In this document: positions 17,104 to 25,101 of the stretch, one piece after another
Layout of the letters: every line of letters begins with the position of its first letter
Position numbering within the stretch: the first letter of the stretch is position 1
Origin: an uncultured Candidatus Saccharibacteria bacterium
GTDB taxonomy: Bacteria > Patescibacteriota > Minisyncoccia > Phycocordibacterales > UBA9973
Assembly: GCA_964591665.1 (NCBI GenBank)
Contig: CAZQCV010000002.1
Location: 1-43,744, forward strand
Direction of reading: 5' to 3'
Length of the DNA: 43,744 nucleotides
Notes under the pieces: model-generated
What the model was told of the DNA's origin: nothing
Database searches by the model: none
Seen by the model: only the letters and a program-made list of their open reading frames with translations
Translations under genes and position numbers: made by a program

Positions 17104-17526
17104 TTAGAACTTTCCCGTACTTCCGAAACCACCAGCACCACGTTCGCTCTCCGAAAGTTCAGTAGCTTCTTCAAGTTCAGCAATCGCTACAGGAAGGATG
17201 ACAAGTTGACTTACCTTTGATCCTTTCTCTATGGTATATGGAGTATCTGAGAGATTTACGAGATGTGTATTGTATTCACCGCGGAATCCAGCATCGAAAA
17301 CACCACCCATAGTCTTTAGTCCTGCTTTTGATATGCTCGATTTATCCATGACAATTGCGGCATAACCTGTTGGGAACTCAAGCGCAAACCCGTGCATGAC
17401 AAAAAGGTGTTCACCTGGATTAATTACTTTTTCTTCAAGAGAGAAAAGATCCATGCCAACGTCACCTGGTAATGCATATTTTGGTAATTTTGCCTCTGGA
17501 TGTAGTTTTTTAATTTTGATGTGCAT
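17104..17526 (-). CDS. dut: dUTP diphosphatase
   Basis: The sequence reads MHIKIKKLHPEAKLPKYALPGDVGMDLFS...ERGAGGFGSTGKF, which are classic trimeric dUTPase motifs. The start is trimmed to ATG 17524-17526 because the track extension overlaps the divergent gene. Confidence 0.9.
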   Translation of the reverse strand: MHIKIKKLHPEAKLPKYALPGDVGMDLFSLEEKVINPGEHLFVMHGFALEFPTGYAAIVMDKSSISKAGLKTMGGVFDAGFRGEYNTHLVNLSDTPYTIEKGSKVSQLVILPVAIAELEEATELSESERGAGGFGSTGKF

Positions 17527-17530
17527 TGTA

Positions 17531-17560
17531 GTGACAGTATAGCGCAAATAGGTATATAAT
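17531..17560 (+). promoter_or_regulatory. Promoter GTGACA-18 nt-TATAAT, with the -10 6 nt upstream of the ATG (leaderless-type)
   Basis: TATAAT lies at 17555-17560, followed by aaaact and then the ATG at 17567. Confidence 0.5.
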
Positions 17561-17566
17561 AAAACT

Positions 17567-18085
17567 ATGCAAACATTACATCCTCTTTTGGTACATTTTC
17601 CAGTCGCCATGCTTAGTCTCTATGCAGTTGTAGAAATTGTATCGCGTATACCACTCTTCAAAAGATTTGATCTGACACTTACTAAAACAGTACTTATAAC
17701 CGTCGGCTTTATTGGCGGACTTATTGCGTCATCTTCTGGTGAAGCAATCGAGCATAACTTCAAAGGCATACGAGACCTTGTCGAAATGCACAGCACCTTT
17801 GCGACTGCGACAAATATCCTGGCTGGGATTATTTTTGTCATTTATGCAAAGATAGTATTCGGACCACTTTTTATAGAAAAATTAAAACCAGGTAAGTTAC
17901 AAACGATGAGTATGAAATCACTAGCCTTTTGGAATACCATACAAAGAAACTGGTTATTCATGGTAGTACTTGCACTTGCAGTTGCGACAACCATAACCAT
18001 CACGGGTGCACTTGGTGCAGTAATTGTCCACGGTCCAGAGGTAGATCCAGTCGTCAAAATGATTTACACAGCGCTGGTAAAATAA
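17567..18085 (+). CDS. DUF2231-like integral membrane protein
   Basis: The N-terminal signature is MQTLHPLLVHFPVAML, and there are about 4 TM helices. Confidence 0.7.
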   Translation: MQTLHPLLVHFPVAMLSLYAVVEIVSRIPLFKRFDLTLTKTVLITVGFIGGLIASSSGEAIEHNFKGIRDLVEMHSTFATATNILAGIIFVIYAKIVFGPLFIEKLKPGKLQTMSMKSLAFWNTIQRNWLFMVVLALAVATTITITGALGAVIVHGPEVDPVVKMIYTALVK

Positions 18086-18101
18086 AAATAATCTGTAAAA
18101 T

Positions 18102-18124
18102 AAAATGCCCGATCGGGCATTTTA
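18102..18124. terminator. Bidirectional terminator palindrome between the DUF2231 gene and tmk
   Basis: aaaatgcccgatcgggcatttt is a perfect palindrome that overlaps the tmk stop. Confidence 0.6.
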
Positions 18125-18808
18125 TTTTAGCTTGGTAACTTGTTCATATACTTTTTCATGAATTTCTTCACGAGATAAAATCTGTGCTTTTTTTGTACAA
18201 TCGATTTTTATGAAATACGGAAGTGTTTTAGAGAGCCATAGTGCTGACTCGCGAGAATTTTTTTGAAATGCAACGTCTACCTCGTGAACATCCTTTTTGC
18301 TTCCAGCGTAGTTTCTCTTTGCGGTTGCATTTCTCTCTTTCATCATCTTTTGGGAAACTTCAAAAGGGACAGAAAGATACAGCACCACATCTGGTCTAGG
18401 AATACCGAAAACTTTATGCTCCATCTCGTCTAACCACTTTAAGAATTCTTTGCGTTTTTTTGTATCTTTAATCTTACCTCCTTGATGAATTTGATTGGCA
18501 GAAACATATCTATTAGCAATTACCACGTAGCCTTTTTTAATCCAAGATTCTATTTGATCTTTTGATTCGAAACGATCAGCAGCATAGAGTACAGATGCAA
18601 TTTTCGGATGTACATTGATAAAATTATAGTACTGCTCAGTGAGACAATGGCCAATAAATTTCCCGAAGAAATTTTTATAGTACTCAGGAAAATCAACCAG
18701 TTTCACCGTCTTCCCTTCTTTTTTGAGTCGTGCTGCAAGAAGCGCAACCTGCGTTGCCTTTCCGCTACCATCGGTTCCATCTATTACGATAAATTTTCCT
18801 TTTTTCAT
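18122..18808 (-). CDS. tmk: Thymidylate (dTMP) kinase
   Basis: MKKGKFIVIDGTDGSGKATQVALLA contains the P-loop, and DRY-like and lid regions are present. The start is trimmed to ATG 18806-18808. Confidence 0.88.
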   Translation of the reverse strand: MKKGKFIVIDGTDGSGKATQVALLAARLKKEGKTVKLVDFPEYYKNFFGKFIGHCLTEQYYNFINVHPKIASVLYAADRFESKDQIESWIKKGYVVIANRYVSANQIHQGGKIKDTKKRKEFLKWLDEMEHKVFGIPRPDVVLYLSVPFEVSQKMMKERNATAKRNYAGSKKDVHEVDVAFQKNSRESALWLSKTLPYFIKIDCTKKAQILSREEIHEKVYEQVTKLK

Positions 18809-18815
18809 ACACTGA

Positions 18816-18824
18816 AGTATATCA
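18816..18824 (-). promoter_or_regulatory. Extended -10 TGATATACT placed 7 nt upstream of the tmk ATG (leaderless-type)
   Basis: The minus strand reads TGATATACT tcagtgt ATG. Confidence 0.45.
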
Positions 18825-18895
18825 AAAAGCATGCAGTGTATGTATTTGACATATATATAAAAGCTATGTAATGTATAAGTAATAAAAACATTGAC

Positions 18896-19372
18896 ATGGC
18901 AATAATAGGACAAATAAAAGGCTACGACAGTGAAGACTGTATGAAAAATATGTCTGTAGGATCTTCAGGATTCATGGATGCTGAAGAAATTTTAACTACA
19001 TATAAAGGAGTGTTTATTGCTCTTTATAACGAGATTTTACAAGAAGATGATTTAAAAGAGCACCATCTCGACTATGAAGATGTGGTAAAAATAACAAGAA
19101 TAGGGCCGGGTTTGACTGAAAATGATTTTGAGTTAGATTTTAGTCAATGCACCACACCATTTTGTATAGAAAGTTTTGCACATGGTAAAAATGAATTCTC
19201 CTGGGAAGAACATATTGTATTTAAAAATGGATTAACTATTGTTAAAGTAGAGGAAATTGAAGCAAACACAACTCCTTTATCTTTAGAAGAACAATTAAAA
19301 GAAGCCGAAAAGAATCAGGATTACGAACAAGCACAGATAATAAGAGATAGAATAGAAAAAGGAGAGAAATAA
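18896..19372 (+). CDS. Hypothetical protein with a C-terminal UVR-like motif
   Basis: The C-terminus LEEQLKEAEKNQDYEQAQIIRDRIEKGE resembles the UvrB/UvrC UVR helical hairpin. The N-terminal 120 aa are unrecognised and the start is ambiguous (18896 or 18941). Confidence 0.55.
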   Translation: MAIIGQIKGYDSEDCMKNMSVGSSGFMDAEEILTTYKGVFIALYNEILQEDDLKEHHLDYEDVVKITRIGPGLTENDFELDFSQCTTPFCIESFAHGKNEFSWEEHIVFKNGLTIVKVEEIEANTTPLSLEEQLKEAEKNQDYEQAQIIRDRIEKGEK

Positions 19373-19393
19373 TTTTCTTTATCTGAATAATAT

Positions 19394-19422
19394 AGTGTTG
19401 GTACTTTGCCAACACTTTTTTA
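19394..19422 (+). terminator. Intrinsic terminator
   Basis: The stem agtgttgg with ccaacact has a 7-nt loop and is followed by TTTTTT. Confidence 0.7.
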
Positions 19423-19423
19423 T

Positions 19424-19825
19424 TTACAAAAAATTTTGGTTTTCTAACACTTCTTTAAAATAAGCATCAAGCGCGTCTGTTTCGTTTAGTTCTTGTCGAC
19501 TAAACCATTTGTATTCTGTATTTTCTTCATCAAGAACTATATCACCCCGTGCTTCACCAATATACGTAAGTCTCACCACATGTTTATCAGATTTCAGAAT
19601 ATCCTGTGCAGCGATTAGTTTCGGTTCACCTACAAGCTCAAGTTTTGTTTCTTCAAAAATTTCTCGTTTTAAATTTTTGAGTAGCGGTGTGCCTGGTTCT
19701 ATACGTCCACCCACCATGTCCCACATCGCACCAACTTCTGGATATTTTTCAGATGAACGTCGAACAAGAAGATACTTGCTTTCTTTGTTTTTGAGTAGAA
19801 TTTTTACACCGACTTGAAGTTGCAT
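19424..19825 (-). CDS. NUDIX hydrolase
   Basis: The canonical Nudix box is present as GGRIEPGTPLLKNLKREIFEETKLEL. The start lies 2 nt after the glyA stop. Confidence 0.85.
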   Translation of the reverse strand: MQLQVGVKILLKNKESKYLLVRRSSEKYPEVGAMWDMVGGRIEPGTPLLKNLKREIFEETKLELVGEPKLIAAQDILKSDKHVVRLTYIGEARGDIVLDEENTEYKWFSRQELNETDALDAYFKEVLENQNFL

Positions 19826-19827
19826 GA

Positions 19828-21006
19828 TTACTTTTTCCCTCGCAATACCTTATCTATTTTCTTCGCAATAATAATCATATCTTTTTCTTTTTTACCACGA
19901 GTTGTTTCTGCTGGAGTACCTATGCGAATACCAGACGGGTCCATAACACCACGTGGATCTTGCGGAATCGTATTCATATTTACGATAATCCCTGCTTTTT
20001 CGAGACGGCGACTTGCTTCTGCCCCACTGACACCAGCACCGTTCATCCATGTGTCGACGAGTAGCAGGTGCGAATCAGTTCCACCAGAGACAATTCTCCA
20101 GCCGAGTTTTTGCAACTCTTTACCAAGTGTTTGTGCATTTTTTATAACCTGTTTAGCATATTTTTTGTATGCTGGACTCATTGCTTCTTTGAGTGCGACT
20201 GCAACACCTGCAATATTATTTTCGTGTGGACCACCTTGGAGACCTGGGATGATCGTCTTGTCGATTTTTTTATCAAATTCTCGTGAATCTTTTCGCACAA
20301 AGATCATCGCCTGGCGTGGACCACGCAGTGTTTTGTGTGTTGTTGTCGTAACCACATCAGCATATGTAAATGGTGTCGGGTACGCTTCACCAGCAACAAG
20401 TCCAGCAAAGTGTGACATATCTACCATAAGTATCGCACCAGAAGCATCAGCGATCTCACGGAATTTTTTGAAATCTACGACTCGTGGATACGCAGTAAAT
20501 CCAGCAACGATGATATCTGGTTTTTCTGCTAGAGCAATTTTTTTGAGTGCATCATAATCCAACATCTCTGTTTTTGGATCAACCTCAAACGGTACTTGCT
20601 TCCAAAACTTGCCCGTCATAGAAACCGGCTGTCCGTGTGTAAGGTGACCACCAGATGAAAGTTTCATTCCCATAATTTTTCCTCCAAGTGGAATAAGTGC
20701 AGAGTATACAGCGAGGTTTGCAGGTGACCCTGATAATGGCTGTGCGTTCACATGCCATTTTGTATTACTGAGTTTAAAAAGTTTGAGTGCGCGTTCGATA
20801 GTAAGCGATTCAACTTTATCGATGACTTCATTACCACCATAATACCGCTTGCCAGGATATCCTTCGGCATATTTGTTGGTAAGTTTTGAGCCGAGTGCCT
20901 TGAGTACATCATCAGAAACATAATTCTCAGAAGCGATCAAATTAATAACACTTTTTTGACGTTTGTCTTCGGCTTTGATAAGTTTTTCGATTTGTTTATC
21001 TTTCAT
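19828..21006 (-). CDS. glyA: Serine hydroxymethyltransferase
   Basis: The sequence contains LIASENYVS, YPGKRYYGG and the PLP-lysine region TTTTHKTLRGPR. Confidence 0.95.
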   Translation of the reverse strand: MKDKQIEKLIKAEDKRQKSVINLIASENYVSDDVLKALGSKLTNKYAEGYPGKRYYGGNEVIDKVESLTIERALKLFKLSNTKWHVNAQPLSGSPANLAVYSALIPLGGKIMGMKLSSGGHLTHGQPVSMTGKFWKQVPFEVDPKTEMLDYDALKKIALAEKPDIIVAGFTAYPRVVDFKKFREIADASGAILMVDMSHFAGLVAGEAYPTPFTYADVVTTTTHKTLRGPRQAMIFVRKDSREFDKKIDKTIIPGLQGGPHENNIAGVAVALKEAMSPAYKKYAKQVIKNAQTLGKELQKLGWRIVSGGTDSHLLLVDTWMNGAGVSGAEASRRLEKAGIIVNMNTIPQDPRGVMDPSGIRIGTPAETTRGKKEKDMIIIAKKIDKVLRGKK

Positions 21007-21012
21007 GAGTAC

Positions 21013-21021
21013 AGTATATCA
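21013..21021 (-). promoter_or_regulatory. Extended -10 TGATATACT placed 6 nt upstream of the glyA ATG (leaderless-type)
   Basis: The minus strand reads TGATATACT gtactc ATG. Confidence 0.45.
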
Positions 21022-21034
21022 GACCCAAGAGCTA

Positions 21035-21062
21035 AAACAAAAACGCCTTTCGGCGCTTTGTT
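21035..21062 (-). terminator. Intrinsic terminator after rpsG
   Basis: The minus strand reads aaagcgcc-gaaa-ggcgtttt, followed by tgtttt. Confidence 0.55.
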
Positions 21063-21083
21063 TTTGAATTATTATGTTTGATT

Positions 21084-21554
21084 CTACCAAGCAAAGTGAG
21101 CGAACGCTTTGTTTGATTCTGCCATTTTGTGTGTATCTTCGCGTTTCTTTACAGCTGAACCTTCACCCTTAGAGGCTGCAATAAGTTCATCTGCGAGCTT
21201 TTCGTGTGTCGGTCGGCCTTTACCACTTCGAGCTGCTGCTGCAATCCAACGAATAGCAAGCGACTGGCGACGTTCTGGGCGAACTTCACGAGGTACCTGG
21301 TAGTTTGCACCACCAATACGTCGTGAGCGAACTTCCATGAGTGGACTCGCATTTTTAAGTGCGAGTTCGAAAACTTCAAGAGGATTTTCTACGTTCATCT
21401 TTTCTTTGATAAGATCAAGTGCTCCGTAGACAATTTTTCGAGAGGTTTCTTTTTTACCATCCCACATCATGTAGTTGATAAACTTTGCAAGCTTATCAGA
21501 ACCATACACAATATCTGGAGATGGAATATTTCGGTTTGTTACTTTGTGTCGCAT
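21084..21554 (-). CDS. rpsG: 30S ribosomal protein S7
   Basis: The 156-aa ORF contains MEVRSRRIGGANYQVP and ends KAFAHFAW. Confidence 0.97.
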   Translation of the reverse strand: MRHKVTNRNIPSPDIVYGSDKLAKFINYMMWDGKKETSRKIVYGALDLIKEKMNVENPLEVFELALKNASPLMEVRSRRIGGANYQVPREVRPERRQSLAIRWIAAAARSGKGRPTHEKLADELIAASKGEGSAVKKREDTHKMAESNKAFAHFAW

Positions 21555-21557
21555 AAA

Positions 21558-22001
21558 CTATTTTTTCTTACCAGCTGGAGCTGCTGCACCTGCTTTTGGA
21601 CGCTTATTACCATAAAGTGAACGACCTTTACGACGTTTTTCAACACCAGAGGCATCGAGACGTCCACGAACAATGTGATATCGTACTCCGATCAAGTCTT
21701 TCACACGACCACCGCGGAGCATCACCACTGAGTGTTCTTGGAGATTGTGACCCATACCTGGAATATATGCTGTTACTTCCATACCATTTGAAAGACGAAC
21801 ACGAGCGATTTTTCGAAGCGCTGAGTTTGGTTTCTTTGGAGTGGTAGTAGTTACTTTTGTACAAACACCACGCTTAAATGGAGAAGGATAGAAAATCGGT
21901 TTGTTATGAATCGTGTTAAATCCACGAGCCATAGCAACTGATTTTGATTTTTTCACCACAGCTTTTCGTGGTTTGCGAACCAATTGACTAATTGTTGGCA
22001 T
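21558..22001 (-). CDS. rpsL: 30S ribosomal protein S12
   Basis: The sequence contains [22 protein letters not shown] and [18 protein letters not shown]. Confidence 0.97.
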   Translation of the reverse strand: MPTISQLVRKPRKAVVKKSKSVAMARGFNTIHNKPIFYPSPFKRGVCTKVTTTTPKKPNSALRKIARVRLSNGMEVTAYIPGMGHNLQEHSVVMLRGGRVKDLIGVRYHIVRGRLDASGVEKRRKGRSLYGNKRPKAGAAAPAGKKK

Positions 22002-22093
22002 GTATTAAATAAATTTTACTAAGGAAATAAAGCAACTCGGGCAAAAGATCCTATAAAAGAGTTCAGACTGCTCTTTTAGGTTTGCTGCCATAA

Positions 22094-22102
22094 AGTATAG
22101 CA
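22094..22102 (-). promoter_or_regulatory. Extended -10 element TGCTATACT upstream of rpsL
   Basis: The minus strand reads TGCTATACT about 90 nt upstream of the rpsL ATG. Confidence 0.35.
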
Positions 22103-22115
22103 CAATAATGAATAA

Positions 22116-22149
22116 AAGCAAGACCTCACTGATCAGTGAGGTCTTGCTT
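22116..22149 (-). terminator. Strong hairpin after the 648-aa gene
   Basis: There is a 14-bp perfect stem, aagcaagacctcac with gtgaggtcttgctt. It starts 4 nt past the stop and is followed by a T-rich tract. Confidence 0.65.
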
Positions 22150-22152
22150 AAA

Positions 22153-24099
22153 CTATATTTCTATTTTGTGACTTAAAACACCTTTCTTTACTTGTATTGG
22201 TTCTGATTTATGTATGACCGGACCATGGTTTCCATCTGGTTGTTGTTTCTGCACCGTTACCTGATAAACACCATCTTTGACAAGTGCATAGTAGTATCCA
22301 TCTTCATCAGTAACTTTACGGCCAACTTCTACGCCAGTTGTTGCACTATAGATACGTACCAGAGCTGAGGCAATAGGAGTCTCTGTTAATCTTTCGAAGA
22401 CTGCACCCATAGATGTTTTCGGTGGTAATCCAAGTTCAGATATAATAAACAACACAATATAGATAGCAAACATTATGATATTCCACTTAATCGGATGAAG
22501 AAAAACATTGTATGCAGTAAGTGCAAATCCAACCCAGAACAAGAGGTTGAGCACTTTACCAAAGATATGCGACGCATGGCGCTTTGCTGCTCCCATTCGG
22601 ACTTTCTCTTGTTCATTCCAATCCTCAGCAATTGGATCCATTGGAATATTTTTTGTAATCAATTGATTATCATTTTCTACTACAATAGGGTCTCCGAAAT
22701 AAAGTGAATCATAGACATCATCACTATCACGTCCTCTCATGAGAACTGAGGGGAAAATATAGTGTGTTTTCTTTGGGACAACATAGTATGTTCCTTTACG
22801 AACCTTAAATCCATAACGTCCTTCCATATCGGTAATCACGCTTTCAAGTTCTTCATGAATATGGCTATAGAGAGTCACATACACCGGATCAAGTGGCCGT
22901 TTTGTTTTTGCGTCATAAACAATACCCCATGGCTTACGACGAATACCGACAATCCAAAGGAATCCTGTCCACAAACGAAACGGTAGGGTGACCAAATCTT
23001 TTGCAACAAGAGGATTAACCGCAACCAAATTTGTAAGTGTGGTCACCACCCCAACAATCAAACCAGTCGCCGTTGCCACTGGGACAATAGGAGCTGCTGC
23101 TGCAGGAATAGAAGGAAGAGTAAAACCTCCGGTAGTAGAGGATGAAACACTAGAAGAAGATGAACCTGATGATCCAGTGACTGTTCCAGAAGTCGTCGGC
23201 CCTGTTGAAGATGTGGTAGTTGTACCAGAAGTCCCCGTAGTTGTAGTAGGTGTTCCACTTGTACCTGCAGCTGTCCCACTCACGGTACCGGAGGTTCCAG
23301 AAGTTCCTGTTGTAGTAGTTGTTGTAGGTGTGCCACTTGTTGATGTACCAGTAGTTGCTGTCGTACCAGAGGTGCCTGTACCCGTTGTTGTGGTAGTAGT
23401 TGGTGTTCCAGAAGTTCCTGTTGTAGTAGTTGTTGTAGGTGTGCCACTTGTACCTCCTGTCGTTGTAGTTGTAGGTGGAATAAATACTCCGCCCGTACTA
23501 CCACCTCCAGTAGTCGTAGTAGTCGTAGTAGAAGAACAAACAGGGGGATGCCAATCTGTTACCGTACATTTGCCTGCTGCTTTCCCTCCCGAAGAACAAT
23601 CCCACTCTATCCATCCGCCACCAGCACCACTTGCCCACGCGTACCCGTTCCACTCACCACTTGTATTAATAGTAACTTGTGGGGCTTGGACAACAGGAGT
23701 GTTGATAGAAAAAGGACCAAAATTCACCCATCCAAGCGTTGACCATGCATACCCAGAGAGAGTTGCAGGGACACCACAGGTCGTACTATCAACTGAAACT
23801 TTATAATTTACGATTCCACAGGTACTATTATTTGCACAGTTAAGGTTTATCCAACCAAGCGTCGAACCCCACATATAACCAAGTAGCGAAGTATCAGTAA
23901 CGGTTGCATTATAACTTGGTTGAACCTGAAAATTACCTGAGTTAATTTGCATGCCCGCATTTGGACCTCCAACTAATTTTGCAAATTTATAACCAAGGTT
24001 TGTTGGATCAATAGTTCCGGTAAGCGCAAACGCCCGTGTTACACCCACAACAAAAAATAATATAGAGAGGATGACTGCTGATAGATATCGTAATTTCAT
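22153..24099 (-). CDS. Large envelope protein with four regions: signal peptide plus GW-repeat module, Thr/Gly/Ser/Pro linker, TM segments, and two carboxypeptidase-regulatory-like beta domains
   Basis: The signal peptide is MKLRYLSAVILSILFFVVGVTRAFA. The three repeats are GYMWGSTLGWINLNC, GYAWSTLGWVNF and GYAWASGAGGGWIEWDC. A low-complexity linker of about 135 aa follows. The TM helices are interleaved with WGIVYDAKTKRPLDPVYVTLYS...EGRYGF and ALVRIYSATTGVEVGRKVTDEDGYYYALV. Confidence 0.8.
   Translation of the reverse strand: MKLRYLSAVILSILFFVVGVTRAFALTGTIDPTNLGYKFAKLVGGPNAGMQINSGNFQVQPSYNATVTDTSLLGYMWGSTLGWINLNCANNSTCGIVNYKVSVDSTTCGVPATLSGYAWSTLGWVNFGPFSINTPVVQAPQVTINTSGEWNGYAWASGAGGGWIEWDCSSGGKAAGKCTVTDWHPPVCSSTTTTTTTGGGSTGGVFIPPTTTTTGGTSGTPTTTTTTGTSGTPTTTTTTGTGTSGTTATTGTSTSGTPTTTTTTGTSGTSGTVSGTAAGTSGTPTTTTGTSGTTTTSSTGPTTSGTVTGSSGSSSSSVSSSTTGGFTLPSIPAAAAPIVPVATATGLIVGVVTTLTNLVAVNPLVAKDLVTLPFRLWTGFLWIVGIRRKPWGIVYDAKTKRPLDPVYVTLYSHIHEELESVITDMEGRYGFKVRKGTYYVVPKKTHYIFPSVLMRGRDSDDVYDSLYFGDPIVVENDNQLITKNIPMDPIAEDWNEQEKVRMGAAKRHASHIFGKVLNLLFWVGFALTAYNVFLHPIKWNIIMFAIYIVLFIISELGLPPKTSMGAVFERLTETPIASALVRIYSATTGVEVGRKVTDEDGYYYALVKDGVYQVTVQKQQPDGNHGPVIHKSEPIQVKKGVLSHKIEI
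23125..23535 (-). repeat. Thr/Gly/Ser/Pro-coding low-complexity tandem-repeat region inside the 648-aa gene
   Basis: The protein here reads TTTTTTTGGGSTGG...GTSGTPTTTTTTGTSGTPTTTTTT...SSSSSVSSS. At the DNA level a 46-bp unit, ttccagaagttcctgttgtagtagttgttgtaggtgtgccacttgt, recurs exactly at 23295-23340 and 23406-23451. Confidence 0.85.
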
Positions 24100-24113
24100 A
24101 AAAAGAATTTTGA

Positions 24114-24746
24114 TTAGATCATACTACCAGTGAATAATTTAAAGAGGATACGCACTGGGATTGATAATATATCGATGCCAAAAATATTGAGGACGAGCAT
24201 CACTGCTATTAGTATAACAAATCCATACGTATCAAGAAAGCGTTCTATCTGTTGAAAACGTGCAGGCAGTAATGCAACAATGACGCGAGATCCATCAAGA
24301 GGAGGAATCGGAAGCAAATTAAAAAGCGAGAGTGAAATATTTATAAGAACCACAAGTGCAAAGAACATGACAACGGGAGTACTTAATCCCAATACACTGC
24401 TTATACGAATAAATATAGCAAAGATGACTGCTAAAAGAAGATTCGTACCAATACCAGCTAGTGCAATGATAATTCGTGGGAATCTACCAGACTTCACATT
24501 GCGTAAATTTACAGGAACAGGTTTTGCCGCGGCAAAAGGAAATGGAAACTGAAACAAAATAAGTAGTGCAGGCAACATCACAGAAGAAAACCAATCGAGA
24601 TGCCGTATCGGATTGAGTGTGAGTCGACCAGCATAGTAAGCTGTTTTATCGCCAAAAAAGAGTGCAGCATATCCATGTGCCACCTCATGCAGGATTACTG
24701 AGGCTAAAAGTATACTAATAAGCGCGAGTATGTTGACTTCTTGCAT
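24114..24746 (-). CDS. M50 / site-2-protease-family membrane metalloprotease
   Basis: The HExxH motif lies within a TM helix (VILHEVAHGYAA). A downstream LPIPPLDGSRV motif is present, and the 210-aa protein is polytopic. Confidence 0.8.
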   Translation of the reverse strand: MQEVNILALISILLASVILHEVAHGYAALFFGDKTAYYAGRLTLNPIRHLDWFSSVMLPALLILFQFPFPFAAAKPVPVNLRNVKSGRFPRIIIALAGIGTNLLLAVIFAIFIRISSVLGLSTPVVMFFALVVLINISLSLFNLLPIPPLDGSRVIVALLPARFQQIERFLDTYGFVILIAVMLVLNIFGIDILSIPVRILFKLFTGSMI

Positions 24747-24752
24747 AATTGT

Positions 24753-24758
24753 ATTTTA
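24753..24758 (-). promoter_or_regulatory. -10 hexamer TAAAAT placed 6 nt upstream of the M50 ATG (leaderless-type)
   Basis: The minus strand reads TAAAAT acaatt ATG. Confidence 0.35.
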
Positions 24759-24787
24759 TATGATAGCATACGAGAACAGAAACGTAT

Positions 24788-25033
24788 ATGGCAAAAACAT
24801 GTCCAATCACAAAAAAATCATCTCTTGTCGCTGGGGGCTACTCTAATCGAGTTCGTGCTACCAAGTTCAACCCAACAGGGGCAAAGAGAAAGTATGTAAA
24901 TCTTCAAAAAAAGAAGGTTTATATTCCTGAACTCAAAAAGAGCGTTACACTCGAGATTTCAACACGTGCGATCCGTACAATAAACAAACGCGGCGCATTC
25001 GTAACACTCAAGAAAGCAGGTCTCATCTCTTAA
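24788..25033 (+). CDS. rpmB: 50S ribosomal protein L28
   Basis: The sequence reads MAKTCPITKKSSLVAGGYSNRVRATKFNPTGAKRKYVNLQKKKVYIPELKKSVTLEISTRAIRTINKRG. Confidence 0.9.
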   Translation: MAKTCPITKKSSLVAGGYSNRVRATKFNPTGAKRKYVNLQKKKVYIPELKKSVTLEISTRAIRTINKRGAFVTLKKAGLIS

Positions 25034-25046
25034 TCATATGAAACAA

Positions 25047-25074
25047 AAAATCCTCGGATATCCGAGGATTTTTT
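25047..25074 (+). terminator. Intrinsic terminator after rpmB
   Basis: aaaatcctcgg-atat-ccgaggatttt is followed by a T-run. Confidence 0.75.
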
Positions 25075-25101
25075 GTTTATTGTATTGTTTTGAGATACAC
25101 T

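Noticed and set aside
17527-17610. Upstream extensions of dut (to 17610), tmk (to 18913) and rnhA (to 31553) in the ORF track
   Set aside because: The extensions add non-homologous, Cys/Tyr-rich residues ahead of the conserved N-termini. They overlap divergent genes or contain the -10 elements. The internal ATGs match the family N-termini.
19814-20557. 247-aa plus-strand ORF
   Set aside because: It lies entirely antisense to glyA, which has unambiguous SHMT motifs. The product is Ser/Pro/Ala low-complexity.
23125-23535. Possible CRISPR or other non-coding tandem array
   Set aside because: The repeats are in frame within a long ORF, irregular in spacing, and encode a Thr/Gly/Ser/Pro linker. 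There is no repeat-spacer architecture.
22988-23806. 272-aa plus-strand ORF rich in Val, Pro and Glu
   Set aside because: It is the antisense reading of the Thr/Gly-rich repeat region of the 648-aa minus-strand gene. The low-complexity mirror frame stays open by composition alone, and it has no start context or motifs.
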